From: Gammaproteobacteria bacterium
GTDB taxonomy: Bacteria > Pseudomonadota > Gammaproteobacteria > Eutrophobiales > Eutrophobiaceae
Direction of reading: 5' to 3'
DNA length: 64,000 nucleotides
Assembly: GCA_030829985.1 (NCBI GenBank)
Contig: JAURNW010000021.1
Coordinates: 11,611 to 75,610 of the forward strand
The notes under the pieces: model-generated
What the model was told of the DNA's origin: nothing
What the model saw: only the letters and a program-made list of their open reading frames with translations
Databases searched by the model: none
In this document: positions 21,093 to 28,483 of the stretch, piece after piece
How positions within the stretch are numbered: position 1 is the first letter of the stretch
How the letters are laid out: each line of letters opens with the position of its first letter
Program-made: the position numbers and the translations under genes

Positions 21093-21479
21093 GTGGGGGC
21101 ATTCCGTGAATCGTTACTTATGCAATCAGTTGCTTTGGGCGTTGCTATAGGCATAGGCACTGGTGTATGTAAGATTGCATTCAATATCCCACTCGTATAT
21201 TTATTACTACCGCCATATATGTTGTTATGTGTTCTTACCTGGATATCATCAGAGGAATTCGTTAACTTTGGCTGGGACAGTGCCGGTGTCACAACAGGAC
21301 CAATTACCGTACCACTTGTACTCGCAATGGGACTCGGCATCGGCGCAAACGTGCCAGGTGTAAGTGATGGCTTTGGTGTTTTAGCATTGGCTTCGGTTGG
21401 CCCAATCATAACTGTATTAACTGTTGGGCTTTTGGTTGCACGCGCTCAGTCCAAAATAGATAACGAAGACGAGTCATGA
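21093..21479 (+). CDS. C-terminal part of the second DUF1538 unit (continuation of the upstream ORF in another frame)
   Basis: 128 aa carrying the second signature GWDSAGVTTGPITVPLVLAMGLGIG. The same frame is open back to 20982 and reads LGYGATLAEPALNALGE from 21024, which matches GIGATLAEPAIAVLKAAG of the first unit. Confidence 0.75.
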   Translation: MGAFRESLLMQSVALGVAIGIGTGVCKIAFNIPLVYLLLPPYMLLCVLTWISSEEFVNFGWDSAGVTTGPITVPLVLAMGLGIGANVPGVSDGFGVLALASVGPIITVLTVGLLVARAQSKIDNEDES

Positions 21480-22654
21480 TCATTACTCGTCACAATATGT
21501 CTGTTGTCACTATTATTATCGGACGACATCGCGCTAAAAAAGTATTGCAAGATTTGTTTGCGGACGGTATTCACAGTGCATTATTGACAAGTGCGCGTGG
21601 CACACTAATGCAAGATAAATGGTACCAAAGCATATTGTCGATGATTAGACCCGAGTTAGCAGTAATACAAATGATAGTGCCAGATCCGTTTGTTGACCGT
21701 ATTATGGAACGTGCCGCCAGGCTTGCACAACTACATCGTTCAGGCGCTGGCTCTATATTCAGTAAACCTTGTGTGGATTTACATGTTAAAGGCACATTTC
21801 CTCTCTGGCCTATAGATCAAGAGGAATTGCCTGAAGATGATGCATCCAATTATCTTTGTGAAAACCTAACTGCAATCTACTTAATCAGCCAGGGTGAACG
21901 AACCGAGGCAGTTTGTCGCGCAGCAATGAATGCAGGTTCCCACGGACCAATCATCCTGTTCTCAGAAGGTCATGGTCTACGTGATCGTCTAGGCTGGTTA
22001 CGTATTACAAATAAACCCACAAAAGAAATAGTTTCAGTTTTGGTTGAAAATGTTGACGCCGATCTGGTATTTGCTGCTATGGCTGAAGTCGGGCAAGTGG
22101 AACACGTTGGGCGTGGTCTTATCTATCGAATGTCCGTACAAAAGGGACTAATCAATATTGACAGTGTCTACTCTAAAACTCGTCATGCCGCCAGTATTCA
22201 ACAAATCATTCGTGCGATTGATGATATTAAAGGCAATAAAGATTGGCGAGATCAAGATTCAATCGCCATGCATGGAGGTGCAACAGCTGGGTTAGGATTT
22301 ATGTCTAAACTGTCTTCTGAATCAGTATGCAAGCCTCGAACGTTAATTTCAATTTTGGTCTACCGCGATAATTCACATGAAATTTCACGACAAATAATAA
22401 ATATGGGCGCGCCAGGTGCTAACATAAATTATTTCCAGTTTTATACTCAAGCTGATAGCACACAACATCAGGAATTCGCGCAAATAAGTATTATAGTTGA
22501 TGAACCCAGTGCTATTGAATTGGAAAAACGTATATTAAATGAAGTAGAACAGGATTTAATGATCTTTACGCAACCAGTTACACATTCCATCTCTTATGAA
22601 TTACCTATGCAAGATAGTACAACCAGGATGTATCGAGGCGTACCAATTAGTTAG
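21476..22654 (+). CDS. Three-domain PII-like (GlnB-fold) protein, uncharacterised
   Basis: 392 aa. It contains three tandem segments of about 80-95 aa with a beta-alpha-beta, loop, beta-alpha-beta pattern like GlnB/GlnK (for example ELAVIQMIVPDPFVDRIMERAARLAQLHRSGAGSIF versus GlnB [35 protein letters not shown]). Its start overlaps the DUF1538 stop (ATGA). Confidence 0.6.
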   Translation: MIITRHNMSVVTIIIGRHRAKKVLQDLFADGIHSALLTSARGTLMQDKWYQSILSMIRPELAVIQMIVPDPFVDRIMERAARLAQLHRSGAGSIFSKPCVDLHVKGTFPLWPIDQEELPEDDASNYLCENLTAIYLISQGERTEAVCRAAMNAGSHGPIILFSEGHGLRDRLGWLRITNKPTKEIVSVLVENVDADLVFAAMAEVGQVEHVGRGLIYRMSVQKGLINIDSVYSKTRHAASIQQIIRAIDDIKGNKDWRDQDSIAMHGGATAGLGFMSKLSSESVCKPRTLISILVYRDNSHEISRQIINMGAPGANINYFQFYTQADSTQHQEFAQISIIVDEPSAIELEKRILNEVEQDLMIFTQPVTHSISYELPMQDSTTRMYRGVPIS

Positions 22655-22743
22655 ACTCTGAAACAATGACCTTGAAAAGGTTATTACTTAATAAGATGTT
22701 TTAATTAAGACAAAATTAACTATTAACATCTATTAAACCTGTA

Positions 22744-23097
22744 TTATTTTTTAGTCGTTTTTTTCCAAATAGATTCAGCCGAAACCTGATCAATTATCTT
22801 TTTATCTGGTTTAATCCCGGAGTTCTTGTCTGCCTCCTCTTTTTCGATCAGTTCTGCTTTCAATACTGCTTTTTTGACCCGAATTATATTACCATTAACC
22901 TCTTTACCATTAAGGGCTTTCATCGCTGCTTTAGCTTCGCCTATCCTCGGCATCTCGATAAATCCAAAACCTTTTGAGTCACCTGTCTTTTCATCAATAA
23001 CCAAAGAGCAAGACTGAATCCTTCCAAAAGTATCGAACATATTTTTTATTTCTTGCTCTGTCGTTGTACGAGAGAGATTTCGGATTAATAATTTCAT
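22744..23097 (-). CDS. RRM-type RNA-binding protein
   Basis: It has RNP2 (LLIRNL) and RNP1 (KGFGFIEM) motifs and a Lys-rich C-terminal tail. I chose the ATG at 23097; the ORF-track start at 23139 adds 14 non-conserved residues. Confidence 0.8.
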   Translation of the reverse strand: MKLLIRNLSRTTTEQEIKNMFDTFGRIQSCSLVIDEKTGDSKGFGFIEMPRIGEAKAAMKALNGKEVNGNIIRVKKAVLKAELIEKEEADKNSGIKPDKKIIDQVSAESIWKKTTKK

Positions 23098-23539
23098 AGT
23101 ATTTAAATTATAGAACAGGCAATGAAGTTGCGTAAACAACAGTTAGTTTATCTCATTTTCAGGTGACTTGTTTTATGATTCCAGGATAACTAATCAAAAA
23201 GTATTACCCCAAAGATTTATTAGTTAAACTGGTAACGATAAAAGCGGGTAGACTATCTTCATAAATCAGCTTAATAAAAGATAAAAGAATTATTTATTGC
23301 TCAACAAGTATGCACTAAATAGTCTGTTAGCAGGTTCAATATTCAAAACAATTTCTATTAATCCTTGAATTAACAGGCTTTTAACAATAATATTTTTTGC
23401 TGTTAAATATCTTTTTTCCATAATTTGATCAAATTCAGGTCTAATTAAGGTAAATAATCTACCCTAACCGGTATAAATTTAATAAAAAGCTAATTGATTC
23501 GCCTATAATATCGCGCATTTTAGCTGAGGAACTGATTTA

Positions 23540-24385
23540 GTGAAATTTAGCGCAAGTCAATTCAGAGAATGGGATCGCAAGGCGATTACCCTGCTCGGTA
23601 TGTCGGGAGTGGGGAAAACTCGTCTCGCCTGCCTTTTGCGTAAATCACACTGGTTTCATTATTCCGGAGATTACCGGATTGGGACACGTTATCTAAATGA
23701 ATCAATCCTCGATAACATCAAGCAAAAAGCGATGCAGATCCCATTGCTAAAACATTTGTTATTGTCAGATTCGATCAATATTGATAATAATATCTCAATC
23801 GATAACCTGAAGGCTGTATCTAGCTTTCTCGGGCAATTGGGTGATCCTGAAAAAGGTGGTTTAGGCCTGAGAGAATTTAAACGTAGACAGGCATTGCATT
23901 ACAAAGCAGAAGTAGAGGCAATGCTGGATGTGCCCAAGTTTATAAAACGTTCTCATGATGTCTATGGATACGAACACTTTATCAATGATGCTGGTGGTAG
24001 CCTATGCGAACTCGATAAAGATTCTGTCTATGATACGTTAGCCGAGCACACTCTGATTATTTACATCAAGGCAACTAAGCATGATGAACTAGAATTAATC
24101 AAACGCGCTGAACTTGAGCCAAAACCGCTTTATTATCGTGAAGATTTTCTTGATCAACAGATTGCTGAATATCTTGAAGAAAAAAAATTAGGTTATGCTG
24201 CATTGATCGAGCCGGATGACTTTGTGCGTTGGGTGTTTTCAAAACTGTTCTACAATCGTATACCACGTTATCAGACTATTGCTGATAAATATGGCTATAC
24301 CATTAGTACGAATGAAATTTCCAGGGTTAACTCTGAAAAAGATTTTCTTAATCTGATTGAAAGTACTCTTGAACAGAATAATTAA
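23540..24385 (+). CDS. P-loop NTPase with shikimate-kinase-like (NMP-kinase fold) layout, function unknown
   Basis: 281 aa with a GTG start. It has Walker A (LLGMSGVGKT). The later segment NDAGGSLCEL...LIIYIKATKHDELELIKRAELEPKPLY parallels AroK ATGGGSV...[24 protein letters not shown]. It lies 11 nt upstream of metA. Confidence 0.55.
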   Translation: MKFSASQFREWDRKAITLLGMSGVGKTRLACLLRKSHWFHYSGDYRIGTRYLNESILDNIKQKAMQIPLLKHLLLSDSINIDNNISIDNLKAVSSFLGQLGDPEKGGLGLREFKRRQALHYKAEVEAMLDVPKFIKRSHDVYGYEHFINDAGGSLCELDKDSVYDTLAEHTLIIYIKATKHDELELIKRAELEPKPLYYREDFLDQQIAEYLEEKKLGYAALIEPDDFVRWVFSKLFYNRIPRYQTIADKYGYTISTNEISRVNSEKDFLNLIESTLEQNN

Positions 24386-24396
24386 GAGAAAGAATT

Positions 24397-25470
24397 ATGC
24401 CATTAGTTTCCAATAGCGCTTTACCAAGTTTTGAAAGATTGAAACAGGACGGTGAAACAATTATCACTGCTGAACAGGCCTTGCATCAGGATATCCGCGA
24501 GTTACATATTGGTTTGCTAAATATGATGCCAGATGCTGCACTGGAAGCAACTGAGCGTCAATTTTTTAGACTGGTTGGCGAAAGTAACCAGATCGCGCAA
24601 TTTTACTTACACCCATTCACATTGGATAAGCTGGAGAGATGTAAAGAAGCAAAAACGCATATTGAAAACTATTATCAGACGTTTGATCAAATCAAGCAGC
24701 AAGGCCTTGATGCATTAATCATTACAGGTGCCAACATGGTTGGTAGTGAACTGGCGGATCAACCCTTCTGGGAGCCGTTAAGCGAAGTACTTGCCTGGGC
24801 ATATGATAATGTAACGTCAACATTATGCTCATGTTTGACGACACATGCTGTCCTGCAATTTCGCTATAATCAAAAACGCAAGCGGCTGCCCGGTGGCAAA
24901 CGTTGGGGCGTTTACCCGCATCGTGTTGTTGACAGAAAACACCCACTGGTTGCCGGCGTAAATACCCGTTTTGATGTGCCACACTCAAGGTTTAATGAAA
25001 TCTACCCCGAACAGTTTGAACAGGCTGAACTGAAAGTGCTTGTTGTCAGTGAAGATAATGATGTTCACCTTGCTGTGAGTGAAGACGGTTTTCGTCTTGT
25101 TTTTTTTCAGGGTCATCCAGAATATGATTTAATCAGTTTAATGAAGGAATATAAGCGTGAGATTGGTCGATATATTGACGGTAAAATAGACCAGTATCCG
25201 AACTTTCCCGAGAATTATTTTTCATTAAAATGTCAGGCCATTCTTGAGGAGTATCAGGACCATCTGGATTGGGCTTTAAAATCAGAAGCCGAACCACCCG
25301 AATTTCCGGAAGATTTGATTATCCCTTTCCTTGATAATACCTGGCATGATACAGCTGAGGCTGTGATCAATAACTGGATTGGCAAGGTTTACCAAATCAC
25401 TAACACTGATAGGCATCTACCGTTTAATGAGTCAATAAACCCTGATGATCCATTGGGTCTCAAAAAATAA
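24397..25470 (+). CDS. metA: Homoserine O-acyltransferase, MetA family (succinyl versus acetyl specificity not resolved)
   Basis: 357 aa with the MetA signature (LHIGLLNMMPDAALEATERQF, GHPEYD). Confidence 0.9.
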   Translation: MPLVSNSALPSFERLKQDGETIITAEQALHQDIRELHIGLLNMMPDAALEATERQFFRLVGESNQIAQFYLHPFTLDKLERCKEAKTHIENYYQTFDQIKQQGLDALIITGANMVGSELADQPFWEPLSEVLAWAYDNVTSTLCSCLTTHAVLQFRYNQKRKRLPGGKRWGVYPHRVVDRKHPLVAGVNTRFDVPHSRFNEIYPEQFEQAELKVLVVSEDNDVHLAVSEDGFRLVFFQGHPEYDLISLMKEYKREIGRYIDGKIDQYPNFPENYFSLKCQAILEEYQDHLDWALKSEAEPPEFPEDLIIPFLDNTWHDTAEAVINNWIGKVYQITNTDRHLPFNESINPDDPLGLKK

Positions 25471-25504
25471 GGGACACCTTTTAATACTGATGTCATGACT
25501 AATA

Positions 25505-26029
25505 ATGGATAAACAAAAACACCTGAAATATCTGGCTTCATTATTATTGAGCTTAATCTCAATAACTGCTTGCGATAGTGACGTTAATGACTCGACAAAT
25601 ACCTTGCCAATAAGTGCTGCCGTGTCAGTCCAGGAAAAGACAAAGGAACAAGCCTGGCCTGTGATAGAAAACAAGAGTTATTTATTCGATGTCTCAAATC
25701 ATTCAATTGAAGAACTTGAAGCCTTATTAATCAGAGCTGAAGAAGTTTCTCAAACTCATCCTGCCGATTTTGATGATCTTGAAATAGTGATGATTCTTCA
25801 TGGACCGGATATAGACTGGTTTACTCAACAGAATTATGAACACAATCAAAAACTGATCGATCTGGCAGCAAGGCTCGATGCCTATGATGTAATTGATATG
25901 AAGGTCTGTGAAGCCACTATGCAAAAAAGAGGTGTGATACAAGAAGATCTACCAGGTTTTATCGAATCAGTTCCCTATGCTCCGACTGAAATCAAGTACC
26001 GCTTACAAAATGATTATATCAATCTTTAA
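25505..26029 (+). CDS. DsrE/DsrF-like family protein with lipoprotein signal peptide
   Basis: 174 aa with a lipobox (LISITAC). The C-terminal 100 aa resemble the DsrE-like (COG1416-type) pattern: VMILHGPDIDWF...MKVCEATMQKRG...ESVPYAPTEI. Confidence 0.5.
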   Translation: MDKQKHLKYLASLLLSLISITACDSDVNDSTNTLPISAAVSVQEKTKEQAWPVIENKSYLFDVSNHSIEELEALLIRAEEVSQTHPADFDDLEIVMILHGPDIDWFTQQNYEHNQKLIDLAARLDAYDVIDMKVCEATMQKRGVIQEDLPGFIESVPYAPTEIKYRLQNDYINL

Positions 26030-26059
26030 TCTTTTGATTTATCACTTAAGGCATCCGTC

Positions 26060-26572
26060 ATGGTAAAGCAAGAAAAAAGTTTACACATGACTGTACTGAT
26101 GACACCTGATCTGGCTAATTTTTCAGGTAATGTTCATGGTGGATCGATATTAAAATTACTGGACCAGGTCGCATATGCTTGTGCTGCACGTTACTGTAAA
26201 TCTTACGTTGTGACGATCTCTCTGGATCAAGTAACATTTAAAGAACCTATTAAAGTCGGTGAACTTGTCAGCTTCCGTGCACATGTAAATTATGTAGGTA
26301 ATTCATCACTGGAAGTGGGTGTTAAGGTTTTTACTGAAGACCTGCATACCAAAAAAGTTCGCCATACCAACTCTTGCTATGTAAATATGATCGCTATGGG
26401 TGAAGACGGCAAACGTATATCAGCACCGCCCCTGGAACTGGAAAATGAATTTGAGAAAAAACTTTACGAAGCGGCTGTAATGCGTAAAGAATTACGTGAA
26501 GAAGCTGTAAGACGTAATAAAGAAATTACTGACGGTATCCCTGATTATAATTCAGATTTGGATGTTAGTTAA
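26060..26572 (+). CDS. Acyl-CoA thioesterase (hotdog fold, YciA-like)
   Basis: 170 aa with the motif GNVHGGSILKLLDQVAYACA, typical of YciA/BFIT-type thioesterases. Confidence 0.8.
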   Translation: MVKQEKSLHMTVLMTPDLANFSGNVHGGSILKLLDQVAYACAARYCKSYVVTISLDQVTFKEPIKVGELVSFRAHVNYVGNSSLEVGVKVFTEDLHTKKVRHTNSCYVNMIAMGEDGKRISAPPLELENEFEKKLYEAAVMRKELREEAVRRNKEITDGIPDYNSDLDVS

Positions 26573-27524
26573 AATGTGTATATGCTTTTGTATTAATCTC
26601 ACAACGTTCATCATCTTCATTCATAAAATAGAGTTCTGATGTTTTATTGGTAATAGCGCCAATACAATAAATTGGACAAATAGATTTCAAATCCTTTATT
26701 GCAGATTCCGGTATTCCACTCGGAAGCGTAAAACATAATTCATAATCATCCCCTCCGGTTAAAGCCAGTTCCAATGCCAATTCTCGATCTATTTTTTTAA
26801 GGCTATCAGAACAGGGAATATCGGATAGTTTGACTTCAGCACCAACCTTACTCGCATTAAGAATATGACCAAGATCAGCTAACAAACCATCGGATATATC
26901 TATACAACTAGTTGCTATATCGCGTAATACAGTACCTGTTCTTATTCTGGGCACGGGGCAATTTAATCGTTGAATTTCTATCTCGGTAGGTGCTGGAAAT
27001 AATACGCTATCTTGTATATGTCTTAATGCATAAGCGGCTGCGCCGAGATTACCAGTAACATAAATCAAGTCACCTGCATTAGCGCCACTTCGTCTCAGAG
27101 ACTTGCCTTTAGGATTAGTTCCGTGTGCTTGTATAGTAATAGACAATGGACCTTTACTTAGATCGCCACCAATTAGAATTAAGGAATATTCTTCAGCTAA
27201 TTTATTAAAACTTGAGGAGAATTTTTCTATCCATACGATATCTTTTTCAGGCATGGTTAAGGAAAGCGTAATCCAACGTGGTGAAGCACCCATTGCTGCT
27301 ATATCACTTAAATTAACAGCAAGTGATTTAAAGGCAATATCTTCCGGTGTAGCATCATCAAAAAAGTGTACGCCAGAGACCAGGGTGTCCATTGACATGA
27401 CCAGTTCAGAATCATGTGGGACATTAATGATAGCCGCATCATCACCAATCCCTAAAGCCAAATCCCCCTTGCTGGAGGGGTAAGATTGCTTGAAGAATTT
27501 TTCTATTATCTCAAATTCATTCAA
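26565..27524 (-). CDS. thiL: Thiamine-monophosphate kinase
   Basis: 319 aa with AIR-synthase-like motifs (GIGDDAAI, GGDLS, GGDDYEL). It lies directly downstream of nusB. Confidence 0.9.
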   Translation of the reverse strand: MNEFEIIEKFFKQSYPSSKGDLALGIGDDAAIINVPHDSELVMSMDTLVSGVHFFDDATPEDIAFKSLAVNLSDIAAMGASPRWITLSLTMPEKDIVWIEKFSSSFNKLAEEYSLILIGGDLSKGPLSITIQAHGTNPKGKSLRRSGANAGDLIYVTGNLGAAAYALRHIQDSVLFPAPTEIEIQRLNCPVPRIRTGTVLRDIATSCIDISDGLLADLGHILNASKVGAEVKLSDIPCSDSLKKIDRELALELALTGGDDYELCFTLPSGIPESAIKDLKSICPIYCIGAITNKTSELYFMNEDDERCEINTKAYTHFN

Positions 27525-27533
27525 GAGCTGTCA

Positions 27534-27989
27534 CTATCTAACATTGTTGATTTCTGTGGCGCGTAATTCTTTTGCAATCTTATCAAGAATGCCATTGATA
27601 TATTTGTGTGATTGATCTGCACCAAACATCTTGGCTAATTCAATTGATTCATTCACTACTACACGCCAGGGTATTTCAAGATGATGTTCCAATTCATAAC
27701 AACCAATATGTAAAATTGCTCGCTCAATTGCATCAAGTTCTTTTACTGGCCTGTCGATTAAATTAACCAATCTCGAATCAAGTTGACTGCTATTTTTTAT
27801 TGTTCCTCTTAACAGCAATTTAAAATATTCTACATCGGTCTTTGCCAGTGTCTGTTCATCGCTCTCAAATTCAGCAATAACATCGGCAACATCTTTGCCT
27901 GTCATAAACCACCCATATAATGCCTGAACTGTATTGCGTCTGGCCTTGATACGTGCTCGTTTACTAATTGCTGGTGCATTAGCACTCAT
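27534..27989 (-). CDS. nusB: Transcription antitermination factor NusB
   Basis: 151 aa with the NusB pattern (ARRNTVQALYGW, FVNGILDK-like). The ribH-nusB order is conserved. Confidence 0.9.
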   Translation of the reverse strand: MSANAPAISKRARIKARRNTVQALYGWFMTGKDVADVIAEFESDEQTLAKTDVEYFKLLLRGTIKNSSQLDSRLVNLIDRPVKELDAIERAILHIGCYELEHHLEIPWRVVVNESIELAKMFGADQSHKYINGILDKIAKELRATEINNVR

Positions 27990-28465
27990 GATTTTATTTT
28001 TTCCAGTACACTAATCATCTCTAATGCCGCTGCTGCCGCTTCAGAACCTTTGTTACTCTCTTCATCACCAGCCCGATCCAAAGCCTGTTCAACATTGTCC
28101 ACGGTTAATACACCAAAAATAACAGGGATACCGGAATTTATCGCCAACTGGGAAATACCATGCGTACATTCATTTGAGATGAAATCAAAATGCGGTGTCT
28201 CACCCCGGATTATTGCACCCAAGGTGATTACTGCATTAAATTCATTCTTATCAAGCAATGCTTGTACAGCCACCGGAATTTCAAACGCGCCAGGCACTTT
28301 AACAACAGTGATTGCATCTCCTTCAACACCGTTTTGTTTAAGAGTTTTTATAGCACCCGCATATAATTTATCAACGATGAAGCTGTTAAAACGACTGGCG
28401 ACGATAGCAATCCTGGTGGATCCTTCGTAAATCCCTTTTTGTTCAACTATTCTAATAGCAGACAT
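27986..28465 (-). CDS. ribH: 6,7-dimethyl-8-ribityllumazine synthase
   Basis: 159 aa with the motifs IAIVASRFN, VPGAFEIP and GETPHFDF. Confidence 0.95.
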   Translation of the reverse strand: MSAIRIVEQKGIYEGSTRIAIVASRFNSFIVDKLYAGAIKTLKQNGVEGDAITVVKVPGAFEIPVAVQALLDKNEFNAVITLGAIIRGETPHFDFISNECTHGISQLAINSGIPVIFGVLTVDNVEQALDRAGDEESNKGSEAAAAALEMISVLEKIKS

Positions 28466-28483
28466 AGTGTTATATATTATTTT

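Noticed and set aside
21029-21409. 126-aa antisense ORF across the DUF1538 frameshift region
   Set aside because: It lies opposite a segment whose sense strand encodes the conserved DUF1538 signature. It is a low-complexity Pro/Thr/Ser shadow ORF.
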